Assembly: GCA_951406725.2 (NCBI GenBank)
Contig: OX597828.1
Location: forward strand, 61,194,001 to 61,258,000
Reading direction: 5' to 3'
Length of the DNA: 64,000 nucleotides
Origin: Octopus vulgaris
Taxonomy: Eukaryota
In this document: positions 52,734 through 64,000 of the stretch, piece after piece
Numbering within the stretch: the first letter of the stretch is position 1
Layout: the number at the start of each line of letters is the position of its first letter
Program-made: the position numbers and the translations under genes
Notes under the pieces: generated by a model
What the model saw: only the letters and a program-made list of their open reading frames with translations
What the model was told of the DNA's origin: nothing
Databases searched by the model: none

Positions 52734-54321
52734 TGGCGGCCAAAATGTTCAGAACGGCATTGTTTTTGCCAGAAAAGTAGATATAATTTTTTATGAAAGT
52801 TGTTTTATATTGTATAATTTTCACAGACAATAAATACAATATTATTTGTTATTGCCTGAGATTTTGGTGTAATTTGAGAGGATAATACAAAAGTTATGGA
52901 TGATTTAGTGATTTACTGCAAAACCCATGGCGGCCAAAATGATCAGAACGGTTGCTTTTACTCCGTGTTTTAGTATATTTAACCGGCGAACTCTAATGTT
53001 TTGAATTTGTTTACGTGACGGTTCGTTTACTAAACATTAGTAAGAATATTTGCAGTGTACTTTGTTAATATAATGCCACTTACTCCGTTATCAATTCGTC
53101 AGCAGATTATTAAGCTGCGAAGGAAGGATAATTTAAGTATTGGATCTATTGCAAAGATTGTTAACAAGTCAAAAAGTGTTGTACACGGTATTCTTAAGGT
53201 CTACGATGATTGTGGTTCGTGTGAAGCAAGAAAGTTTACAGGTAGGCCAAGAAAAACGACCAAGAGAGAAGATCGTACTATGGTAAAGTTGGTTAAAAAG
53301 GACAGATTTAAAACTGCTGCTGCTGTTTCTCGGAAAATGAGCATTGTATTGAAGAAAACTTTATCTCGAAAAACTGTGTCTCGTCGTTTAGTTGAACATG
53401 ACCTACAAGCAAGAGCACCTGCAGTGAAGCCACTGATCAGCTCCAAGAATAAAAAGTGTCGTCTTACCTTTGCAACCGAACATGTGTTGTGGTCTCAAGA
53501 AAAATGGCAAACAGTGCATTTCAGTGATGAATCTAAGTTTATGTTATTTGGCTCAGATGAAAAGTTGGTGAAAAATTGTCGCCTAAATGCCTTAAGACTA
53601 GTGTTAAATTTGGTGGAGGAAGTGTCATGGTTTGGGGGATGATATCTGGAGATGGTGTGGGCCCTTAGGTGCGATTACATGGAAAGGTGAATGCAGGAGT
53701 TTATAAACAACTTGTAAAAGATTATGTCTTGCCTGTGCTGAGAAATTCAACTAAGCGACCACCCATATTCATGCAGGACAATGCCCCATGTCACAAGGCT
53801 AAGGTGGTCATGAACTTCCTTAAGTCTGAAAAGGTTATTGTTATGGATTGGCCTGCTCAAAGCCCAGATCTCAATCCTATTGAAAATATATGGAATATTC
53901 TAGGAGAACGTTCGAAATCCTAAAACAACTGAGCAATTAAGGAATGCCCTTCGGGAAGAATGGAATAAGATCACCCAGCAAGAAATTGAAAATTTAATTT
54001 CCTCATGCAGTCAAAGATGTCAGAGTGTGATTGAAGCTAAAGGGCTTCACATTAAATATTAAATAATTCCAGTATTCTCTGTCATTTTTGATTATTTTGT
54101 TATTTCTTCAACCGTTCTGATCATCATGGGTTTTGCAGTAAATCACTAAATCATCCATAGCTTTTGTATTATCCTCTCAAATGACACCAACATCTCAGAC
54201 AATAACAATTAATATTGTATTTATTGTCTGTGAAAATTATAGAATATAAAACTACTTTGATAAAACTTATACCTACTTTTCTGACAAAAACAATGCTGGC
54301 TGAACATTTTGGCCGCAACTG
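52731..54321 (+). mobile_element. Tc1-family DNA transposon (DD34E), near full length, with ~220-bp IR/DR TIRs, in (TA)n
   Basis: TA|CAGTGGCGGCCAAAATGTTCAG ... CTGAACATTTTGGCCGCAACTG|TA. Inner direct repeat TGGCGGCCAAAATGATCAGAACGG at 52928-52951. Confidence 0.95.
53072..54062 (+). pseudogene. Tc1 transposase, frameshifted or deleted
   Basis: HTH region, GRPRKTT, FSDESKF, QDNAPCH..WPAQSPDLNPIE (34 residues between D and E); split across ORFs 53055 and 53669. Confidence 0.92.
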
Positions 54322-54325
54322 TATA

Positions 54326-54357
<32 letters not shown>

Positions 54358-54381
54358 AATGTCTGTATATATATATATATT

Positions 54382-54431
<50 letters not shown>

Positions 54432-54932
54432 TATGTGCGTGTGCGTGCGTGTGTGCGTGTGTCCGTGTGTGTATGTGCGTGTGTGTGCATGCGTGTGTGC
54501 GTGTGTGTGCATGCGTGTGTGTGCATGCGTGTGTGCGTGTGTGCGTGTGTGTGTATGTGCGTGTGTGTGTGCGTGCGTGTGCGCGTGTGTGTATACACAC
54601 ACATATATATATATATACATGTGTATATATATATAAATATATGTATGTATGTATGTATATATATTATATAACGTATGTCATATATACAAAAAAGTAACAC
54701 ACAATGAAGGTGCATACATACAAACAGCACATTTACAGTGTGTACGAAGATATGCACATTGAGTATAACACATACATACACTCACAATTTTATATGACTG
54801 TTTGACAAGTTTTGTGGGTAAAGTCGTTGGAAGTGGTGAATGGGTAAACATTCAAACATAGCCAAAAAGGGTAAAATCAATTTCTATGAATAGTGCTGGG
54901 CTAAATTCGTGGCAATATCTCGTTCAGTTGTA

Positions 54933-55150
54933 AGGTGGCTAACTGGCAGAATCGCTAGCACCCTAGGCAAAATTGCTTAGCTGCATTTTGTCCGTCTTCA
55001 CGTTTTGAGTTCATATTCCGCAGAGGTCGACTTTGATTTCATCCTTTCGCGGTCGATAAAATAAGTACCAGCTGAGCACAGGGTTGATGTGATCGACCTG
55101 TCGCTGCCCCTGAAATTGCTGCCGATGTGCCAAAATTTGAAACCAATATC
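54933..55150 (+). mobile_element. SINE family C
   Basis: GGTGGCTAACTGGCAGAATCGCTAGCA..GAGTTCATATTCC..GGTCGATAAAATAAGTACC. Confidence 0.8.
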
Positions 55151-56059
55151 TTGTTCATTTCTTCGTTATTAGTTTTCCTTCTATTTTTTTATGTTTTGAT
55201 CAATACCACTGGATCTCTACCACTGGACCTGATTCAGTTGATTATACCTCTACGGGCACCTACAGATTTAAGAAAAAAAGTGCAACTTCTTTTCCAGTAA
55301 TGAAATCTGATATCTTGGTTACATGTCTTTGCAATAATTCAATAAACAGTGCGTTGGTTGATTTGTCATCTCCGGGAATCTCTCCATCAAGTGAATAATA
55401 TTTAGTACCCTTTTTGACTAATGCCAAATGTATTGAATTCCACTCCGCAGCGAACTCACAGCAGTGCCTTGTGCACCCCTTCTTTTTGAATGTGAACTTA
55501 TTTAGCAAGTAGTACGACAAAAAAAAAATTAATTGACACAATTATCTTGATCCTAAAAAGGCTTCGATTAGATCTCTCCAGATGAAGCCAATAATGTGTT
55601 GTGGGTAATGGAAATAGAAAGTATTGAACCTGTGATCAGCATAATATACACAAAGTCTCACTGCGTAAACATGAACACGAAAAAATACAGATCGCTCAAA
55701 ACCCTAATCTGCAAGCATATCGACATATTTATCGCATAAGACGTACATAAAGGACATCCATACAAAACATAGAGAAATGAGCGAACACACGAACTGCATA
55801 CGATGAAAAACCGCATGATCAGAACTTGAAACAACCAAACAACAACTTCAAATTCTCGCCCAACACACACGCACACACACTCATATTGAAATGTGTATGT
55901 ATACGTGTGTGAGCGTGTGTGTGTATGCATGTGTGTGTGTGAGTGTGTGATGTTTGTATTATATACACTACACACATAAATACATTCCTTGTCCCTGCAT
56001 TGCATTTCTCACCAAACCATACATAACACGAATTCAAAGGACAACTGACTAACAATATC

Positions 56060-56645
56060 TATATTAGTATGTCGCTCACCCCATCACTGTGATAGTCCAC
56101 CAAGCTGTACCTTACTCTAGAACCAATGTTTTCTTTCCTTAAACACAAACACAACTTTTCAACACGCAATACAAAACATGTATTCATCTATACACCCTGT
56201 ACTATATAAAGATATACGTGGTACACATATGCGTATATTCGATACACTTTACATATACATAAACACTCTTGATGTCCGTTCACACAATACATAACGCACT
56301 TAACATACTTCACATAGAGAAGAAATCACTTCATATAAACAACACAAACACATACTGTATAATACATAAAGGACACTGTACACATATATAACTATAAATG
56401 TAGTAAAATACACAGATGCGTACGAACGCTCATACATACACACACACGCACACACACACACATATAGCCACAAACGTTACATACATAGACTACTTTAGTC
56501 AAAACAGATGTGGCTCTAAGTTATCTCGTATAGAGTTTCTCAGAGTAACGAGTTGTGTTTGTGTTTAAGGAAAGAAAACATTGGTTCTAGAGAGAGGCAG
56601 CTTCGTGGACTATCACAGTGATGGGGCGAGCGACATGCCAATATA
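56060..56645. repeat. ~95-bp inverted repeats flanking a ~395-bp spacer (MITE or fold-back)
   Basis: CCCCATCACTGTGATAGTCCAC..TCTAGAACCAATGTTTTCTTTCCTTAAACACAAACACAACT vs its reverse complement at 56551-56645. Confidence 0.85.
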
Positions 56646-56956
56646 TGTATGTATGAATGTATGTATGTGTGTGTACACACGCACACCACACACGATTATA
56701 TATGTATACGTATATATGCATGTAAACATAGTTTCTAAACAGGTGTCTAGTTGAATACTAATAATTCTTACTAGATGTAAAGAACTAAAAATGAGACAGA
56801 CAGTATACACTTGCTTTACAAACGTGTGCTGCCTTACGAATACACCTATTCGCTATATACACACAGGCATACATACACCTGATCGTTTCTGACGTGATTA
56901 ATGTGTGTCGTGTGTGTGTGTGTATACACATACAGACACACATATGTATGTGTATT

Positions 56957-56997
<41 letters not shown>

Positions 56998-57000
56998 TTT

Positions 57001-57046
<46 letters not shown>

Positions 57047-57128
57047 TATTTGAGTGTATATATATATATATATATTTCGTTTTGGATTTGTTTTGCAAGA
57101 TTCTTTATATGAGTTCGTGTGTTGAAGC

Positions 57129-57258
57129 ATATTCTGTTGTGTCTGGGGAGAGTCATTTTCTTTTTTTTGCCTAAAGAAAAAGTGGAAATTTTACCGGTGG
57201 GTGTGTTATATTATACGGCACAAAAAGAAAATGACTCTCCCCAGACACAACAGTATAT
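57129..57258. repeat. ~40-bp inverted repeat with a 45-bp loop
   Basis: CTGTTGTGTCTGGGGAGAGTCATTTTCTTTTT..GCC / GGC..AAAAAGAAAATGACTCTCCCCAGACACAACAG. Confidence 0.85.
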
Positions 57259-57368
57259 ATATAGTTAATCCAAACAAGAAAACACAGAAAAAAAGAGAAA
57301 AAACGCAGCAACGCGAGGACGTGGAACAATTAAAGTATTATTGACGTTCAGGAAAGAAGGGAAGGAGG

Positions 57369-57403
57369 GTTTAACATTTCGAGCAGAGCTCTTCGTCGGA
57401 AAC
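57369..57403 (-). ncRNA. Minimal type I HHR-like motif (CCGACGA core) in a pLTR-like repeat
   Basis: Minus strand: GUUU CCGACGA AGAGC-UCU-GCUC GAAA UG UU AAAC. Confidence 0.6.
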
Positions 57404-57563
57404 AAGGAGAAGGAAAGATCCCAAGAAGGGAAGACAGAGGAAAAAATATTTTTGCTGGTGATGGTCAAGAGATCACATGTTGAAAGAACAGAAGTTGAGA
57501 GGTAGACGAATCATGATTTTTAAAAGCAAGAGAGTTTCAAAAAAAGGGAATGTGTGTGGGTGC

Positions 57564-57597
<34 letters not shown>

Positions 57598-57620
57598 AAG
57601 GGTGACAAATGTGTTTGTGC

Positions 57621-57662
<42 letters not shown>

Positions 57663-58479
57663 TTGGTGAATAATAAGCAATGGCAAGTTAGCTGTCATAA
57701 GGCACTCCTTTATGACAGCTAGCTTGTTTGTATCCAGCCAGGTCAAAGCCAAAACAAAAAGGGGGGTGTACGTTGGTATACAAAAAGTTTCGTCAATTTA
57801 TATAATGTAATAGTATATACATACTACGAGTCCTCAGTTTGGTTTACCACTAAGACCCTAGCTTGAACTGCAACTTAAAAGTGTGGTGCTGAAAATGTTT
57901 ATCAAAAGCGGCCAGAAGTGGTTCTTCCTTGAGCGGGTACATATACATTAACACAAATAATGAACAAGCAAAATATTTGGCATCACTTTAGAGCATTACC
58001 TTTTCTCTAGAATTTCATTAATTTTTCGATCATGGAAACACATTTATCTTTCACTCTGGACGTTTCTTAGTTTCTCGAGGAACTGGTAACTACTAATATC
58101 CTCGGTTGAGGATATTCTGTATTGCTATAGTTTCTTATTTCTCTCTCTTCGACGACGGAATGATTAGCTTCACTCAATAACATATGATCCACATGTTTAG
58201 CTATTCTAGAAACAACTGCGTGACGCTCTGTGCACTATGTTTATATTATGAATTAATTGTTCTAGGGTGATGCCAAAGGTTCTGCTTGCTCATAATCTGT
58301 TTTAAAGTATATGTAGGTATATTTCTGTCCGTGTTTGTGTATATAGTCGTGGGTATATGTATATGCATGTGTAATTAGTGTACAACTTTTATGCAAGCAC
58401 ATTGATTAATGGCAAATCCTAAAAGTCTGTTCACGAATTTCATATTTTGTCACATATATGTACATGTATATCATATATA

Positions 58480-58515
<36 letters not shown>

Positions 58516-59850
58516 TAAGAGAACAAAGTGTATGTACGTCGCTATATATATACATATATATGAAAATACAAAATGGGACAAGAACGCAAAACATCCGGAC
58601 AACTAGGTGATACAAAAAGGGACATCAAAACATCCAGATAGACGATACAAAAACACGGACGGGTCATTCGAAGCCTTAAATCTTCAGTCAAGAACCGGAT
58701 AATCCTCGCAATTTCGGCTGATTTATCTTGAGATTGCTCCAATCTCGCCAGCCCCAAGGGAAAACTAAGCTGTGAGCATTAGATTCCTTGGAAAAACGCA
58801 TCGAATATATACGAAACAAGGACGGAAAAACAGACGATGTTACACGAATATAAATACAAAATTAATGCAAAAAAGACAATAATAATAATAGTAATAGGAC
58901 ATAACAATAGGCGTCTTTCGACTGGAGACGAATTGAATTCCGCTGGCGTGTTGAGAATTAAGCCTTACGGCAGATGGAAGAGTGTCGATGTGCCAGTGAC
59001 CGTGTTCAAAAGCAAAAGGGCTAGCAGTCGGCCAACGGTCACGTGAAAAGAGAAGAGAGAGAAAAAGAGGAACAAAGGAATTAAGGAGGGGGGAAGAGAG
59101 AGAAAAAGAGGAACAAAGGAATTAAGGAGGGGGAAGAGAGAGAGAAAAAGAGGAACAAAGGAATTATGTATGTGTGTGTCTGTGTGTGTGTATGTCATAT
59201 ATATTTTCGGCTGTAGGTTATATAAAGAACCCCCTTCGCACATGGTTTCTCTCAAACCTTCTCATCTTGGTCTGCTATTCGACACCTTCATATTACGAGG
59301 CGAAATGTCCAGCCGCTAAGCTAAGAAACATCTCTAGTTTTTAATCGTTCATCAATCTTTTCATTCATTTAATATGTATTACGAACATGCTATTGTTCTT
59401 GAGATAAATAACTTTGTAACCTGTAATTCGTTACTTCCTCAAATAACTTCTAGAATCATATCACTTTAAATATTTGATATAATTCTCATGTGTTTCTATC
59501 GTTCTTTGCTTCACTATTGCCCTTTGCTGCAATTTCGATTTTCTTGTGGCGAAGCTAGCCATTTCTTCCATTTATTGTTCTGTGATGTTCTGTGATGTTC
59601 TGTGATGCAAATAACCTTTTGATATGCAATACCAACTCCCTGAATCTAGCCAGCCACCTATCAATCAGGTGACTCTGCTAGGTAGACCGATTTCATTCTC
59701 ACCAGAGAGCAGGATGCATGGTTGCTCTTAAATACAAAGACCCTCCCTGGTGAAGAATGTACCCACCAGCATAGACTAGTCATTAGTGTGTTATAGCTTC
59801 CAACTCTGTCGTGTCTGTGAATATATTCCTTGTTGGTCAGTTAGACACAA

Positions 59851-59906
<56 letters not shown>

Positions 59907-59908
<2 letters not shown>

Positions 59909-61355
59909 CCTAGGTACTTGTAGCTCTCCGCTGGGTCTTGTTCTTTTATGACATTCTGCTGGTCAAGGTTAACGTTAGATGTTTCTGTCATTTTTCCTTT
60001 GATAAAGGTAGCCTTTGCACACTTATCGAGGCCGAATTGCATTCTGATGTCGTCACTGAATTGTTTGACTATCGCTAGTAAGCCCTTGAGTTGTTGGTCA
60101 TTTTTTGCAAAAGCTTTAAATCATCCATGTAAATGAGATGATTTATATTTTTATCAAACATTTTATACCCGTACTGCGCGTCATTGAGCAGCTTTGAGAG
60201 AGGTATTAAGGATAAACAAAAGAGGAGTGGTGACAGTGAGTCACCCTGGAAAATGCCACACGAAATTTTTACATCACCAGCATTTAGGGATTCATTGTCA
60301 CTGTTCAGAGTTAGTGTGGTTCTCCATGATCTCATACTTACAGTCAAGAAGTTTCGCAGAGTAGGTGCTATCTTATACATTTCCAGGCATTTCCTAATCC
60401 AGCTATGTGGTAGGCTATCAAAAGCCTTTTTATTGTCTATTCAGGCTATTGATAAGTTTTTGTGTCGTTTGTGACAATCTTCTAAGATCATCTTATTGAT
60501 GAGTAGTTGGTCTTTACAGCCGTAGGATCCACGTTTACATCCTTTCTGTTCATTAGGGAATATGCTGCTGTCTGTTAAAAAACTATAGGTATATTCCGTC
60601 AGGACAGATGTTAGTGTTTTGTACATAGTTGTTAAGCAGGTTATGGGTCTATAGTTTTTTTGGTTCATTTGTTTCTTCACTTTTTGGAAGCAGGAATGTT
60701 AACCCATTAACTAGCCAAGGAGGCATCCTACTAGGGGGTTGCAAAACATCATTGTACAGTTCTGTTAGCAGTTCATGGCTCTCTGGGAAGGCATTCAGCC
60801 AGAAGTTAGGAATTTTATCCTTTCCTGGAGACTTCCATTTGCTTGACCTCCTGAGAGCAGATCTTATATCTTCTACCTTGACACCCTCCCACTTTTGCTC
60901 TTCTAAGGGGTCCAGTTCTGTAGATATTCTGTCAATCCAGGGGGCCTTTTCGTTGTGTGTTTTTTCTTCTGCCCAGATTTTATTCCAAAATCCCTGCACT
61001 TCTTCTTTTGATGGTACAGACCTTGCAGTAAACGCTGTTTTTCCTATCTTCCTGTAAAAATTCTTGGTGTTATTTTTGAACATGTTGTTGTCCTTGAAAA
61101 ATCTAACACGCTTTTCATACCTCGCTATGCGGGCAGCTTTGGCAGATACCTTTTGTTTGATGGTTTCTATGGTGGCATCAATATCAAGTATAGTTTTCAT
61201 GTTGTATTTTTTCAGTAATTTTGGGGTTTTTGTAGGTTTGGTAGTCTTGTGAGCCTTAAGGTTTTTCAAATATTCAATGTCAGATCTAAATATTTTAATT
61301 TGTTGTTGCAGACGCTCTTGCCAAGAAGGCTTTTTGTGGGAATGTTGCCGTTTTC
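59907..61355 (-). mobile_element. R4/Dong-type non-LTR RT fragment
   Basis: KWKSPGKDKIPNFWL, NYRPITCLTTMYK, EQKGCKRGSYGCKDQL, GIFQGDSLSPLLF, HLIYMDDLKL, FGLDKCAK, YKYLGV. Bounded by (ATT)n at 59852-59906. Confidence 0.93.
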
Positions 61356-61398
61356 TAATCTTTACACCACATAGGATCGTTGAGATTTTCGCGGATGC

Positions 61399-61709
<311 letters not shown>

Positions 61710-62183
61710 GAGTGAGAGAGCAGTTCATGCCATCAAAGTGACACTGGGGTAAAATATACGAAGCCCAATATACCCATCATGACTACCCGTCTGATAAAGG
61801 TACACCAGGCACATGCATCACAACCATATGTGCGCGACATGGTGATCTCATATCAAGATAAACAGCACATGACCTTGCAGGTGGGGCCCAGTTAGAATTT
61901 TCTTCAGGTTGAGTAGCCCATCCCGCTCAAACGGTCCCTGAATAAGGGTTGTTTAAGGATGTTGAAAGAACCACCCATGTTACCAGAGGTGAACTATTCA
62001 AACCCCAAAGAATCCCTCTCAACACATGTCTATGATGCTCCCCCACTACTTCTGCTCGTGATCAGAGATGCACATATCGTCAGCCACCAAGGGACATGCT
62101 CAACTGGTTAAGGTCAAACAACTGACAAGCAAATCTGTGGTATTGAGCAGAATATTTGCTGTAGCCCATCTTATATACCAAGA

Positions 62184-62184
<1 letters not shown>
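61710..62184. mobile_element. ~475-bp non-coding island embedded in (ATT)n, probable non-autonomous R4/Dong-dependent element
   Basis: Complex sequence of higher GC than its flanks, with sharp (ATT)n boundaries on both sides and no ORF. The assignment is inference from context. Confidence 0.5.
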
Positions 62185-62591
<407 letters not shown>

Positions 62592-64000
62592 TCCTTTCAC
62601 TTGTCAGAGCTCTACATTTCACTTGATCTGGTTAATTCTGTAAGGACGGAGAACAACCTCTTGTTAAGTGTTTCACAGAATCTCTTTCCACGATATTTAA
62701 CATCCAAGTACCAATTTCAAAATCCTCGCTGTCCCCAATAAAGCAGTTTTCTGAGCATATTCTACCCTCATATTAATCTCAATTTCTCAAACCTGGCCAA
62801 AATGCTTCCCAGTGCCCCTATAACTACAGGGATGACTGTTACTTTCTTCAGGGCCCAGGTCCACATTCGTGCAATTTCATCTTTTAGCGGTTTCTCAGTT
62901 ATTTCCAGTTCTTTGTTACTCACTCGTTCATTCCTAGGTATAGCAATATCTATGATCTTGGTTTCGTTCATCATTTTATCAACTACAACAATGTCTAGTC
63001 TGCGAACATCATTCATTGAATAACTCTGGATTGTAAAATCCCACAAGAGCTTATACTCATTATTCTCAGTGACGCCTTCTGGTGTTCATGCTCGTACCAT
63101 TTCAATAGCCTTTCAAGATCGTACTTCTCATACAATCTCTAATACACATACTTAGCTACGTTATCATGCCTCCTTTTGTATTCCCTTTGGACAACCTTGC
63201 TACACTCACTCGCAATATCTGAGACTGTTTCAGCTTGATGCCACACATCTTATAAAGAGGAGACTTACTACTCTTATCTGTAATTAGTTCTCAGAGCCTC
63301 TTCCTGAGCGCTGTGTATCAATACTTCAGTACATCCTTTCAAATGACTTTTCCACAGCCATCTTCAGGTGTTGTCTTCCTCTTCCATTTCTCTGAGCGCT
63401 TTCCCATGCATGACTTTCACTTTCCAGTTGTTCAGTCTGTGTTCTCCATATTGCTTCTTAAATACTTTCGGGTGTATCACATTTTCACTAGGTATCGTGT
63501 CGCTGTTTCTAATATCAACCACCAATGGTGCAATCTGCTGTTTCACACACCATCTCGCGTTTTCCTCGTTGACATCACAGATCTTGCAGCCTATGATACT
63601 TCATCCTCTCTTATATCTCGGCACATGCAGTCTGTCGATATTGCTTTTAGCGTGCAGTTCCTTGTTCACTGTCATAACTTTCCTGGTTTTCTATCCATTT
63701 CCTTAAGCTCGTTCTTTGTCCATCTAACAACACTTGCGCCATATCACACTAAGAAGACACCCCATGTATTCATTGTTCTGGTCCTTTCTTTCCATTGAGT
63801 TTACTCTATAATTAATTTGGTTCTTAGGTATTCTCACATAAAGCTTTCCTTGATCTTTTCATACTCCAAAATATCCAGATACTTACATCCATCCACCTGA
63901 ACATCCTTAATTCTTTTACTGTTGGTAGTTATACATCATCAGATGACACTACTTTGCCTTTTTTAATAAGCATACCGTTCCTTTTAATCCCAAATTCCAT
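62592..64000 (-). mobile_element. Decayed R4/Dong-type element, 3' portion; runs off the right edge
   Basis: WDFTIQ..RRLDIVVVDK..IIDIAIP..KELE..VIPVVIGALG (REL), KRRHDNVA and WKVKVMHGK. 3' end abuts (TAA)n. Confidence 0.85.

Noticed and set aside
57770-57850. Minus-strand CUGAGGA...GAAA...GUA
   Set aside because: Stem I does not pair next to the core and the stem II closing pair is mismatched.
59268-59315. HHR-like fold ending GAAATGTCCAGCC
   Set aside because: The core (CTATTCGA) is too degenerate.

Overview
AT-rich, microsatellite-dense eukaryotic (animal) DNA. The tRNA-derived SINE families look like those of octopus/cephalopod genomes (recognised from memory, not searched). I found no convincing host protein-coding exon; almost all ORFs in the track are microsatellite artefacts or transposon fragments. 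The window is a nest of decayed elements: at least 8 Penelope-like retroelement (PLE) remnants (RT + C-terminal GIY-YIG), 4 R4/Dong-type REL non-LTR fragments beside (ATT)n/(ATC)n tracts, an L1/Tx1-type ORF2 remnant, two ORF1-like L1/Tx1 relatives (one with a 13-bp TSD), an internally deleted Gypsy, a near full-length DD34E Tc1 with IR/DR ends, a Tigger fragment, MITEs and three SINE families. Three things stand out. (1) Two homologous loci of ~343-bp tandem repeats each carry a type I hammerhead ribozyme (HHR) with a covarying U3-A8 core (UUGAYAA), which makes them retrozyme-like. (2) About ten HHR or HHR-like motifs of several architectures occur across the window. (3) Fold-back (inverted) duplications of flanking DNA recur just upstream of 5'-truncated PLE insertions. 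All structures were folded by eye and boundaries are approximate.
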